Shown piece after piece: positions 39,917-49,287 of a DNA stretch of 64,000 nt; position 1 is the stretch's first letter; the number at the start of each line of letters is the position of its first letter. The notes under the pieces are model-generated. The model was not told where the DNA came from. It made no database searches and saw nothing but the letters and a program-made list of their open reading frames with translations. This stretch comes from an uncultured Polynucleobacter sp. (GTDB lineage Bacteria > Pseudomonadota > Gammaproteobacteria > Burkholderiales > Burkholderiaceae). The stretch covers positions 6,219-70,218 of the forward strand of contig CAYFKY010000001.1 of assembly GCA_964343915.1 (NCBI GenBank). Reading direction: 5' to 3'. The position numbers and the translations under genes were made by a program.

Positions 39917-40007
39917 TGGCGGAGAAAGCGGGATTCGAACCCGCGGTAGGCTATTAACCTACGCACGCTTTCCAGGCGTGTGACTTAAACCACTCATCCA
40001 TCTCTCC
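39917..40007 (-). tRNA. tRNA-Ser (anticodon GGA)
   Basis: Reverse complement GGAGAGA...CACGC-CTGGAAA-GCGTG, long variable arm, GGTTCGAATCC, and CCA end. Confidence 0.97.
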
Positions 40008-40053
40008 GTGAAGAGCGCAATTATATACGCGCCCTTAATTAAGTGATGTAGGC

Positions 40054-40842
40054 TTATTCAGCCTCGGCCATACCGCCAACAACATGGCTAAAGCCACCGT
40101 CAACGTAGGTGATCTCACCAGTGATGCCACTTGCCAAGTCAGACATCAAGAATGCCGCTGCATTACCCACGTCTTCAATGGTTACATTGCGACGTAATGG
40201 GGCATTGGCTTCAACGAAATCCAAAATTTTGCCAAAGCCTTTGATACCTGAAGCTGCCAAAGTTTTGATTGGGCCTGCAGAAATACCATTGCAACGCACG
40301 CCTTTAGGGCCGACTGAGTTTGCTAGGTAACGCACACTGGCTTCTAGTGATGCTTTAGCCAAACCCATCGTGTTGTAGTTAGGCACGACCATTTGTGAGC
40401 CCAAATAAGTCAATGTTAGTAATGCTGACTTATCGTTTAGCATTGGTAACGCTGCTTTTGCCATCGCAGGGAAACTGTAAGCAGAGATGTCGTGAGCAAT
40501 TTTGAATGATTCACGTGATAAACCATCCAAGAAGTCACCGGCAATCGCTTCGCGTGGTGCAAAACCGATAGAGTGGATCAAGCCGTCAAACTTAGGCCAA
40601 GTGGCAGATAAGTCGGCAAATAGCTTGTCGATTTGCTCATCGCTACCTACGTCACAGTCAAAAATCAGTTTGCTGTCGAATTCGGCAGCAAATTCAGTAA
40701 TACGGTCTTTGAAACGTTCCCCTACATAAGTAAAGGCTAATTCAGCACCTTCACGGTGGCAGGCTTTGGCGATACCATAAGCAATAGAACGGTTAGAAAG
40801 TAGGCCTGTGAGGACGATTTTTTTGCCGGCTAAGAAACCCAT
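40054..40842 (-). CDS. fabI: Enoyl-ACP reductase
   Basis: '[10 protein letters not shown]', 'HSIGFAP', 'YNTMGLAK' and 'AGPIKTLAA'. Confidence 0.97.
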   Translation of the reverse strand: MGFLAGKKIVLTGLLSNRSIAYGIAKACHREGAELAFTYVGERFKDRITEFAAEFDSKLIFDCDVGSDEQIDKLFADLSATWPKFDGLIHSIGFAPREAIAGDFLDGLSRESFKIAHDISAYSFPAMAKAALPMLNDKSALLTLTYLGSQMVVPNYNTMGLAKASLEASVRYLANSVGPKGVRCNGISAGPIKTLAASGIKGFGKILDFVEANAPLRRNVTIEDVGNAAAFLMSDLASGITGEITYVDGGFSHVVGGMAEAE

Positions 40843-40900
40843 TTTTGCTTCCTTTTATCTTTTTGATGCATTTGTTAATGTCTAATTACAATTGTCACAC

Positions 40901-42784
40901 ATGCTGATGATTAGACCCTTACTTCTGACCGCTATTTTAAGCCTATTCATGATGGCTGGAACAGGTCTGTCTGGCAGTGTTTTGGCTGCACATGGATTTG
41001 CCCAATATGGTGATTTGCAATACCCCCCAGGGTTTAAACACTTCTCTTATGTCAACCCAAACGCGCCGAAGGGTGGCACTCTCAATTTACCCAACCCGGA
41101 CCGCAGAACCAGTTTTGATAAGTTCAATCCATTTTCATTAAAGGGCGTCACTGCGCCTGGCATTGCTCAATTAATGTTTGAGAGTTTATTAATTGGTAGT
41201 GCAGATGAAATTGCCTCATCCTACGGGCTATTGGCTGAGGATGTTACTTTGGCCAAAGATCAGTTGAGTGTGACATTTCGTTTGCGAACGAATGCTCGAT
41301 TCAATGATCAATCGCCTGTTCTAGCTAAAGATGTCAAATATTCTTTTGATACTTTGATGAGCAAATTAGCCAGTCCACAATTCAAGACAGTCTATGCAGA
41401 TGTGAAACAAGCTGTGGTGGTCTCTGAAAGAGTCATTCGTTTTGACTTTCATCGTAAAAATACAGAATTGCCATTGCTGGTTGGTTCGATGCCCATCTTC
41501 TCTGAGAAGTGGGGTAAAGATGCCACTGGTGCAGGTAAGCCATTTAATCAATTGACCTTTGAAAAACCCATAGGCAGTGGCCCCTACCTAATTGAGTCAT
41601 ACGATATTGGCAAAAGTATTATCTTTAAAAAAGACCCTCAATATTGGGGAGCTGATTTAAATGTGCGCGTGGGATTCTTTAACTTTGATCGAGTCTCCTA
41701 TCGTTTATATAAGGATGACACTGCTAGATTGGAAGCCTTAAAAGCAGGTGAGTTTGATACCTTGGTTGAGTATCGCGCTAAAAATTGGGCAAAGAGTTAT
41801 GTTGGCCCTAAATTTAGAGATGGCACGTTAAAGAAACAACATTTTTCTCATCGCAATGGTGCAGGGATGCAAGGCTTTGTGATGAACATTCGCAAGCCAA
41901 TTTTTCAAGATCAGCGTGTGCGCGAGGCTTTAACGCTTGCGCTTGATTTTGAGTGGATGAATCGCCTCTTGTTCTATGGGCAATACCATCGTATTGATAG
42001 CTATTTTTCAAATAGTGACCTAGGTGCTTCTTATCAACCGGGAAGCTTGCCAAGTGCTGCTGAAAGAAAACTACTGGAGCCTTTGCAAAGAGCCTATCCG
42101 AAACATTTCCCAGTAAAAGCCCTGGGTCCTATGACTTTGCCTGTGACAACTGAGGCGCCATCTAGCTTGCGTCAAAATTTACGCCAAGCAAGAGAGTTAT
42201 TGGCGCAAGCAGGTTGGGTTTATAAAGATGGGGCACTCAGAAATGCCAAAGGGCAGCCTTTTGAGTTTGAGTTCATGGATGATGGTGGCGCTATGTCTCG
42301 TTTGGTATTGGCTTATGCGCGCAACCTAGAAAAGCTGGGTATCAAGGTAGATATCAGAACCACTGACTACGCTTTGTACCAAAAACGTTTAGAAGAGTTC
42401 GATTTCTTCATGACAAGTATGAAGTTCCCTGATTCACAAAGCCCTGGTAATGAATTGTGGGACCGCTATGGCAGTGAGTCTGCATCAACCAAGGGGGCCG
42501 ATAACATCATTGGTGTGCAATCACCAGTGGTCGATGCTTTGATTGGCGAAATTGTTAAAGCCCAAACCAGAAAAGATTTAATTACGGCTACAAGAGCGTT
42601 AGACCGCGTATTAACGCACAGTTACTACGTGGTGCCGCATTGGTACAGTCCAACGCATCGCGTGGCCTATAAGTCAGATTTGGCATTTCCACAACCGCCG
42701 AATTATTTTGCGGCAGAGTCATGGATACTTTCCACTTGGTGGCGTGTGCCAGCATCAACCAATAAAGCAGGAGTCTCTCAGTGA
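40901..42784 (+). CDS. yejA: Peptide/microcin C ABC substrate-binding protein
   Basis: 'HFSYVNPNAPKGG', 'YGLLAE' and 'SPGNEL'. Confidence 0.9.
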   Translation: MLMIRPLLLTAILSLFMMAGTGLSGSVLAAHGFAQYGDLQYPPGFKHFSYVNPNAPKGGTLNLPNPDRRTSFDKFNPFSLKGVTAPGIAQLMFESLLIGSADEIASSYGLLAEDVTLAKDQLSVTFRLRTNARFNDQSPVLAKDVKYSFDTLMSKLASPQFKTVYADVKQAVVVSERVIRFDFHRKNTELPLLVGSMPIFSEKWGKDATGAGKPFNQLTFEKPIGSGPYLIESYDIGKSIIFKKDPQYWGADLNVRVGFFNFDRVSYRLYKDDTARLEALKAGEFDTLVEYRAKNWAKSYVGPKFRDGTLKKQHFSHRNGAGMQGFVMNIRKPIFQDQRVREALTLALDFEWMNRLLFYGQYHRIDSYFSNSDLGASYQPGSLPSAAERKLLEPLQRAYPKHFPVKALGPMTLPVTTEAPSSLRQNLRQARELLAQAGWVYKDGALRNAKGQPFEFEFMDDGGAMSRLVLAYARNLEKLGIKVDIRTTDYALYQKRLEEFDFFMTSMKFPDSQSPGNELWDRYGSESASTKGADNIIGVQSPVVDALIGEIVKAQTRKDLITATRALDRVLTHSYYVVPHWYSPTHRVAYKSDLAFPQPPNYFAAESWILSTWWRVPASTNKAGVSQ

Positions 42785-43860
42785 ACGGTGCTTTATTCCG
42801 CTATATCTTTAAGCGTGTCTTATTAATGATTCCTACTTTGTTGGGTGTAATTACTTTGACATTCGCGGTGATTCAATTTGTGCCAGGTGGCCCTGTAGAG
42901 CAAATGATGTTAGAGCTCAAAGGGCGAGGCGAGGCGAGCGTGGGAGCGGGTGAGTCATCTGGTGGTGGTGACACCTACCGCGGACGACAGGGTGTTGATG
43001 AAGAGCGCTTAAAAGAAATTAAAGCCTTATATGGCTTTGATAAGCCTGTGCATGAACGATATTTTCATATGCTCAAACGTTTTGCGATGTTTGATTTGGG
43101 CCAAAGTTACTATCAGCATAAAAGTGTTTGGGAGTTGGTTCTGTCCAAAATGCCAGTTTCAATTAGCTTGGGACTATGGACCTTTTTAATTACCTACCTG
43201 ATATCGATACCGTTAGGCATTAAGAAAGCAGTGCGAGCTGGGACAAGATTTGATACAGCCACAAGCGTGTTGATCTTGATTGGTTATGCCATTCCTGGTT
43301 TTGTCTTGGGCGTTCTTTTATTGGTTTTATTTGGTGGCGGTAGTTTTTTGCAGCTATTCCCTCTTCGGGGTTTAACGTCTGATAACTGGGCGCAGTTAAG
43401 TTTGATGGGCAAAGTCATGGATTATCTATGGCACTTAGTCTTGCCTATTACTGCTTCAGTATTGGGTAGTTTTGCTGTAATCACCATCTTGACTAAAAAC
43501 TCTTTCTTAGAAGAAGTTCGCAAGCAATATGTGATCACTGCCAGAGCCAAGGGTTTAAGTGAAGACAGAGTTTTATGGAAGCATGTATTTCGTAATGCAA
43601 TGATCCCATTGGTAACGGGATTCCCCTCTGCATTCATTGGGGCATTTTTCACGGGGTCACTACTAATAGAAACTCTATTCTCGTTGGATGGCTTGGGTTT
43701 ACTTTCTTACGAGGCGGTGGTGAGACGTGATTACCCAGTCGTTTTAGGAACCTTGTATCTTTTTACTCTGATTGGTTTAGTGACCAAACTGATTTCGGAT
43801 ATTGCTTATGTGTTGGTTGATCCACGCATTCAATTTGATAGCCAAGGAGGTCGCGCATGA
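42781..43860 (+). CDS. yejB: ABC permease YejB
   Basis: 'QFVPGGPVEQ' and 'YVITARAKGL'. Confidence 0.9.
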   Translation: MNGALFRYIFKRVLLMIPTLLGVITLTFAVIQFVPGGPVEQMMLELKGRGEASVGAGESSGGGDTYRGRQGVDEERLKEIKALYGFDKPVHERYFHMLKRFAMFDLGQSYYQHKSVWELVLSKMPVSISLGLWTFLITYLISIPLGIKKAVRAGTRFDTATSVLILIGYAIPGFVLGVLLLVLFGGGSFLQLFPLRGLTSDNWAQLSLMGKVMDYLWHLVLPITASVLGSFAVITILTKNSFLEEVRKQYVITARAKGLSEDRVLWKHVFRNAMIPLVTGFPSAFIGAFFTGSLLIETLFSLDGLGLLSYEAVVRRDYPVVLGTLYLFTLIGLVTKLISDIAYVLVDPRIQFDSQGGRA

Positions 43861-44909
43861 GCATGACCTTTGTGCGCCGAATCCGTGAGAGTGATCAGTG
43901 GGCTCGCTTTAAGGCGAATCGCTTGGGGTATTGGAGTTTATGGATCTTTGTGGTTCTATTTGTATTAAGTTTATTTGCAGAAATCATTGCCAATGATCGA
44001 CCTTTATTGGTCAGATATGAGGGAAGCTTTTACGTACCTATTATTAAGGACTACCCAGAAAAAACTTTTGGCGGTGACTTTCCTACACCGACTGATTATT
44101 TAGATCCTGACATTAAAAAAACTTTTAGCAAGAAGGGTAATTGGGCTATCTACCCGCTCATTACTTATCGCTACGACACGCTTAACTACTTTGCGAAAGA
44201 ACCTAATCCTGCATCACCTTCCCGAGATAATTTGTTAGGCACTGATGATCGTGGGCGCGATGTATTGGCGCGCCTCATTTATGGTTTCAGGTTGTCTGTT
44301 TTGTTTGGCTTGTGCCTCACCATCATCGGCGTATTAATTGGTGTTGTGACAGGTGCTTTGATGGGTTATTTCGGTGGTCGCTTGGATTTGATATCGCAGC
44401 GTGCCATTGAAATTTGGAGCTCCATGCCGGAGCTCTATTTATTAATTATTTTCGCTTCCATCTTTTCTCCAAGCATTGGGCTGTTGATTATTTTGTTGTC
44501 CTTGTTTGGTTGGATGGGATTGTCTGATTATGTGCGTGCGGAATTTTTAAAGAACCGCTCTTTGGAGTATGTGCGTGCTGCGCAAGCACTCGGCTTATCG
44601 AGTCAGCAAATCATGTGGCGTCATATCTTGCCTAATAGCTTGACCCCTGTGATCACTTTCTTACCATTTAGGATGAGTGGTGCAATTTTGGCCTTAACCA
44701 GCCTCGACTTTTTAGGTTTGGGTGTGCCTCCAGATAAGGCCAGCCTTGGTGAGTTGTTGTCTCAAGGTAAAGCGAATTTGGATGCTTGGTGGATTTCTTT
44801 ATCTACTTTTTTAGTTTTAGCTGGCACATTGATGTTGCTTACCTTCATGGGTGATGCATTGCGTGATGCTTTTGATAACCGTCGTGCAAAGCAAGGGAAT
44901 GGCGCATGA
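43857..44909 (+). CDS. yejE: ABC permease YejE
   Basis: 'LGTDDRGRDVLARLIYGFR' and 'LTSLDFLG'. Confidence 0.9.
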   Translation: MSMTFVRRIRESDQWARFKANRLGYWSLWIFVVLFVLSLFAEIIANDRPLLVRYEGSFYVPIIKDYPEKTFGGDFPTPTDYLDPDIKKTFSKKGNWAIYPLITYRYDTLNYFAKEPNPASPSRDNLLGTDDRGRDVLARLIYGFRLSVLFGLCLTIIGVLIGVVTGALMGYFGGRLDLISQRAIEIWSSMPELYLLIIFASIFSPSIGLLIILLSLFGWMGLSDYVRAEFLKNRSLEYVRAAQALGLSSQQIMWRHILPNSLTPVITFLPFRMSGAILALTSLDFLGLGVPPDKASLGELLSQGKANLDAWWISLSTFLVLAGTLMLLTFMGDALRDAFDNRRAKQGNGA

Positions 44910-46522
44910 GCCAAGAGATGTTGGTCGATATTCAAAATCTAACGATTCGCTTTGGTCGCAAAGTGGTTGTCAATGATCTTAGTTTGCAAGTGGCGGAGGG
45001 TGAGCGCATTGCCATTGTGGGTGAGTCTGGTTCAGGTAAAACCTTGACAGGTTTATCTCTGATTGGATTACTGCCTGAGGGTGGGGATGTTGCAGGTAGT
45101 GTTTCTATCAAAATTGGTCGTGAGCAAACAAAAGCCCATGATTTATTAAAACTATCTGAGCGCCAATTGCGCGGTATTCGTGGCAAAGATGTGGCGATGA
45201 TTTTTCAGGAGCCCATGACGGCATTGAACCCACTCTATACAGTGGGTAATCAAATCATGGAGGCAGTCCAATGTCATGAGCCACTATTAAGTCAGCAAGA
45301 ATGTAAAACTAGAGCGATTGCCTTATTAACTAAAACAGGCATCCCGCATCCAGATGAACGTTTTTCTTATTACCCACATCAGCTATCAGGTGGGCAGCGC
45401 CAACGCGCCATGATTGCAATGGCTTTGGCTTGCAAGCCAAGGTTGCTCATTGCTGATGAGCCCACAACAGCATTGGATCCGAGCTTGCGTTTGCAGATTC
45501 TTGATTTGCTCAAGGAGCTTCAAGAGGATGCCAAGGCCGATGGCGGTATGGCGGTGATTCTGATCACGCATGATTTGAACATGGTGCGCTACTTTGCACA
45601 GCGTGTGGCGGTGATGCATCAAGGTAAGTTGTTAGAGTGTCGCTCGACCGAAGAAGTCTTTGAAAGACCTGAACATCCCTACACCGAGAGTCTTGTTCAC
45701 AGCGCTCCAGTGAGAAATGTTTTGCCATTGGTGCCCATTGCACCAGTTTTACTAAAAGCTCAGGATGTTTGTGTTGATTACCCTAAAGCAGGTAGTGGGT
45801 TTTTGAGTGCAGGCATTAAGAAGTTCATTCGAGGATTACATTTCTCAGACTTATTCAAGCGTGAATACGAATCAGTGGTTAAAAACATCAGTCTTGATTT
45901 GAGGCAGGGTGAGACCTTGGGCGTCATCGGCGAGTCTGGTTCTGGTAAATCAACTTTGGCGATGGCTTTATTGGATCTGCTTGGGCAGACAGGAGCTAAA
46001 ACTAGTGGACATGTAGAAGTCTTAGGGCACTCTTGGTCAAAAATGTCGCCAAAGGAGCGCAGTCAATTAAGGGCTTCATTCCAAGTAATCTTTCAAGATC
46101 CATTTGGGTCGTTGTCGCCACGTATGACGGTTGGTCAAATTATTGGTGAGGGATTGGCCTTGCATCAGCCAGATCTATCCCAAGATGGACGAAAAGCCAG
46201 AGTGATTGAGGTACTTAAAGAGGTGGGGCTTGATCGCACGGCTTATAACCGTTACCCACATGAGTTTTCCGGTGGGCAACGCCAACGGATTGCGATTGCC
46301 CGGGCATTAATACTCAAGCCGCAGATATTGGTCTTGGACGAGCCTACCTCTGCATTGGATGTCACCATCCAGAAGCAAGTTTTGACTTTACTTTCAGATT
46401 TACAGCACAAGTACAACATGGCCTATTTGTTAATCAGCCATGACCTAGAGGTGGTTCATGCTATGTCGCACCGCATCATTACCCTGAAAAAAGGCAAACA
46501 AATCAATCATGTAGCTCTATAA
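44906..46522 (+). CDS. yejF: Dual-domain ABC ATPase YejF
   Basis: Two 'GESGSGK' Walker A motifs and two 'SGGQRQR' signatures. Confidence 0.9.
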   Translation: MSQEMLVDIQNLTIRFGRKVVVNDLSLQVAEGERIAIVGESGSGKTLTGLSLIGLLPEGGDVAGSVSIKIGREQTKAHDLLKLSERQLRGIRGKDVAMIFQEPMTALNPLYTVGNQIMEAVQCHEPLLSQQECKTRAIALLTKTGIPHPDERFSYYPHQLSGGQRQRAMIAMALACKPRLLIADEPTTALDPSLRLQILDLLKELQEDAKADGGMAVILITHDLNMVRYFAQRVAVMHQGKLLECRSTEEVFERPEHPYTESLVHSAPVRNVLPLVPIAPVLLKAQDVCVDYPKAGSGFLSAGIKKFIRGLHFSDLFKREYESVVKNISLDLRQGETLGVIGESGSGKSTLAMALLDLLGQTGAKTSGHVEVLGHSWSKMSPKERSQLRASFQVIFQDPFGSLSPRMTVGQIIGEGLALHQPDLSQDGRKARVIEVLKEVGLDRTAYNRYPHEFSGGQRQRIAIARALILKPQILVLDEPTSALDVTIQKQVLTLLSDLQHKYNMAYLLISHDLEVVHAMSHRIITLKKGKQINHVAL

Positions 46523-46568
46523 GCTAAGACTAGCTTGTAAGCAAATGTTCAGGTTATAATGAACGTTC

Positions 46569-47183
46569 ATGTCAAAAATACAACACAAGCTTCTCGCATT
46601 GTTGGTAGTCATTGGATCGTTCCAAGCCCCCGTGGTCTTGGCGCAATCTGCTACTGAGCCTGAAGCATCCAATCGCATCACATCAGTTGCTAGCCAATTG
46701 GCTAATACTGTGACTTCATCTGTCGTAGACGGTACTGAGTCATTGATCAACAATGCGATGCAATTAATTGGTGTGCGCTATCGTTGGGGTGGTAACACAC
46801 CGCAAAGCGGTCTAGATTGCAGCGGGTTTGTGCGTTATGTATTCAATGACACATTCGGTTTCTTGTTACCTCGTAAATCAGCGCAGATGAGCCAAGTTGG
46901 CCTAGAAATCCGCAAAGACGAATTACGTCCAGGTGATTTGGTGTTCTTTAACACCATGCGTCATGCTTTTTCACACGTGGGTATTTATGTTGGTGACAAC
47001 AAGTTTATTCACGCTCCGTCTAAAGGTAAGTCGATTCGTGTGGATGACATGACTAAGGCTTACTGGGAAAAACGTTACAACGGTGCGCGTCGCATGGAAG
47101 GTTTTGATGCGATGACCGAGCAACAACGTCAACAGTTGTTGTTGGATTATCAAGAGCGTATTGAAAAATCAGGCAGGCTCTAA
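46569..47183 (+). CDS. NlpC/P60 (C40) cell-wall peptidase
   Basis: 'YRWGG..P.SGLDCSGF', 'PGDLVFF', 'HVGIY' and 'FIHAP'. Confidence 0.95.
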   Translation: MSKIQHKLLALLVVIGSFQAPVVLAQSATEPEASNRITSVASQLANTVTSSVVDGTESLINNAMQLIGVRYRWGGNTPQSGLDCSGFVRYVFNDTFGFLLPRKSAQMSQVGLEIRKDELRPGDLVFFNTMRHAFSHVGIYVGDNKFIHAPSKGKSIRVDDMTKAYWEKRYNGARRMEGFDAMTEQQRQQLLLDYQERIEKSGRL

Positions 47184-47206
47184 TTCAAAGCTAGCCAACT
47201 GATAAC

Positions 47207-47232
47207 AAAAAAGAGCCGCGAGGCTCTTTTTT
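47207..47232. terminator. Bidirectional terminator
   Basis: A6-GAGCC-GCGA-GGCTC-T6. Confidence 0.85.
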
Positions 47233-47247
47233 ATTTCCTAAACTTTT

Positions 47248-47267
47248 TTGCTTGCTTGCTTGCTTGC
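47248..47267. repeat. (TTGC)5 microsatellite
   Basis: Five exact tandem copies downstream of the patatin stop codon. Confidence 0.8.
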
Positions 47268-47274
47268 TGCCTAA

Positions 47275-48210
47275 TTACCTCATGCCGAGCTTACTTTTGA
47301 TTTCAGCCATTTGTTTCATGGCAGCTTCTTCACCAGCCAAGATCGCGGCATTGCGTGCTTTGAAGTCAGTGCCTTTCATATTGCTAAGTGGTGGCTTGAT
47401 GACAACTTGAGCATTTTCTAACTCAAATTGATTAATGCTTTGTCCCATGATTGAGGTGGTCTGCAACAAAATACCTAATGTGCCACTACTATCTTGGCTA
47501 CTTGGCTCTGTTGAAATATTCACGGCAATCACAAAATCGGCGCCCATTTGCTTGGCGTAACGAACCGGTACTGGTGATACCAAGCCGCCATCAACGTATT
47601 CATGACCATTGATGGTGGTGGGTTGAAATACTCCTGGCACGCTGCAAGATGCGCGCACAGCTTGACCAGTGTCACCGCGACGGAATAGTACGCCTGCTCC
47701 AGTTTGTAAATCAGTAGCAACAATGCCTAAGGGCATTGCCATATTTTCAATGGCTTGATTTTTTAATAAACGATTGATGGTTGTTTGCAAGGCATCACCT
47801 TTGATCATGCCGCCAAATTTGCCTGAGAAGGGTAGAGCCCAATCAGTGATTGATGCCTCATCCAGAGATAAGGCTATTTTGTTGAGATCCGTACCTTTGT
47901 TGCCAGCTGCATAGAGAGCTGCGATCACGCTACCTGCACTTGTGCCCACCACTAGGTCAGGTTTAATTCCTTGAGACTCTAGGGCTTTGATTACGCCAAT
48001 GTGAGCAAAGCCACGTGCTGCACCGCCACCTAAGGCAAGGCCAATGACGGGCTTTTTACCCATCCAACTGGCACAACCGGGCAAAGATAGCGAGCTAATT
48101 GCCCCCAAACTGATAGCGGTCAAGAACCGTCTTCTAGAATTGTGGTAATCTATATGAGAATTATTCTCAATTGTATTTGATTGATCACGTAAAACGGAGC
48201 GGTTATTCAT
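47275..48210 (-). CDS. Patatin-like phospholipase, probable lipoprotein
   Basis: 'GGGAARG', 'GTSAG' and 'DGG' motifs. 'RRRFL...LPGC' signal/lipobox. Confidence 0.92.
   Translation of the reverse strand: MNNRSVLRDQSNTIENNSHIDYHNSRRRFLTAISLGAISSLSLPGCASWMGKKPVIGLALGGGAARGFAHIGVIKALESQGIKPDLVVGTSAGSVIAALYAAGNKGTDLNKIALSLDEASITDWALPFSGKFGGMIKGDALQTTINRLLKNQAIENMAMPLGIVATDLQTGAGVLFRRGDTGQAVRASCSVPGVFQPTTINGHEYVDGGLVSPVPVRYAKQMGADFVIAVNISTEPSSQDSSGTLGILLQTTSIMGQSINQFELENAQVVIKPPLSNMKGTDFKARNAAILAGEEAAMKQMAEIKSKLGMR
48152..48172. promoter_or_regulatory. Probable Fur box
   Basis: ATGAGAAT-T-ATTCTCAA, a 7-1-7-type inverted repeat about 40 bp upstream of an Fe(III)-binding protein gene. Confidence 0.7.
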
Positions 48211-49260
48211 ATGTTTTTAAGCAAAAAATCCTTGTTAGTGGCAATGGCTGCAGTAGGTATTGCCACATCATTACCAGCATTATCTCAGTCTTCTGGAGTT
48301 TTGAATTTATATTCGGCTAGACACTATCAGACTGATGAGGCTCTGTACGCCAACTTTACCAAGGAAACTGGTATCAAAATTAATCGAATTGAGGCTGATG
48401 ACAATGCTTTGTATGAGCGTTTACGCAGTGAAGGTAAAAATAGTTCTGCCGATGTTATCTTGATGGTGGACGCCGCAAGACTATGGCGTGCTGAGATTGA
48501 AGGTTTGTTTCAACCAGTTAAATCTAAAGTTTTAGAAACTAGGATTCCTAAGAACCTCCGCTCAAATGATACGGGTCAAGGTTCTCAGTGGTTTGGCTTT
48601 TCCACAAGGGCTCGTGTGATTGTTTATAACAAAGCCACAGTTAAGCCTACTGATGTGGATACCTATGAGAAATTAGCCGATCCAGTGAATAAAGGTAAGG
48701 TGTGTACACGTTCTGGGTCTCACCCATACATGTTGTCTTTGATCGGTGCCATGTATGAGCGCAGCGGTGAGGCAGCTACTGAAGCATGGGCTAAGGGCAT
48801 GGTGGCTAATATGGCTCGTGCACCAAAGGGTGGGGACACAGATCAGATTAAAGGTGTTGCCTCTGGTGAGTGCGGTGTTGCATTAACGAATTCTTATTAC
48901 TTAGCGCGCTTGATGAGATCTGATAAGCCTGCTGATCAACAAGTTGTTTCTAAAATTGGTTTAATTTGGCCTAATCAAACAAGTTCCGGTGCACACATGA
49001 ATGTGGCTGGAGGTGCTGTTGCTAAAAATGCCCCTAATAAGGCTGCTGCGATCAAATTTTTGGAATATTTGGCTAGTGATTCAGCTCAACAATACTTTGC
49101 GGATGGTAATAATGAGTGGCCTGCAGTTAAATCTGTCAAAACCAATAACCCTGCGCTAAATAAATGGGGTAGCTTTAAAGAAGAAAACATTTCTATTGCT
49201 GCAATTGGTAAAAATCAAATATATGCACAAAAAATTCTAGATAGAGTTTCCTATAAGTAA
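48211..49260 (+). CDS. Fe(III) ABC transporter substrate-binding protein (FutA/FbpA-like)
   Basis: 'NLYSARHY', 'RARVIVY', 'GGDTDQIK', tandem Tyr ligands 'NSYY' and 'NNEWP'. Confidence 0.92.
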   Translation: MFLSKKSLLVAMAAVGIATSLPALSQSSGVLNLYSARHYQTDEALYANFTKETGIKINRIEADDNALYERLRSEGKNSSADVILMVDAARLWRAEIEGLFQPVKSKVLETRIPKNLRSNDTGQGSQWFGFSTRARVIVYNKATVKPTDVDTYEKLADPVNKGKVCTRSGSHPYMLSLIGAMYERSGEAATEAWAKGMVANMARAPKGGDTDQIKGVASGECGVALTNSYYLARLMRSDKPADQQVVSKIGLIWPNQTSSGAHMNVAGGAVAKNAPNKAAAIKFLEYLASDSAQQYFADGNNEWPAVKSVKTNNPALNKWGSFKEENISIAAIGKNQIYAQKILDRVSYK

Positions 49261-49287
49261 AAAGAAAGCCTAGAATCTCAGGCTGAG

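Noticed and set aside
32416..40007. Integrative element at tRNA-Ser(GGA)
   Set aside because: There is no integrase, and I could not find a duplicated tRNA 3' end (att) at the left border. Island status rests only on position and AT-richness.
40054..48210. fabI-yejABEF-NlpC/P60-patatin as a novel cluster
   Set aside because: It looks like ordinary Burkholderiales core gene order and all parts are well-known families.
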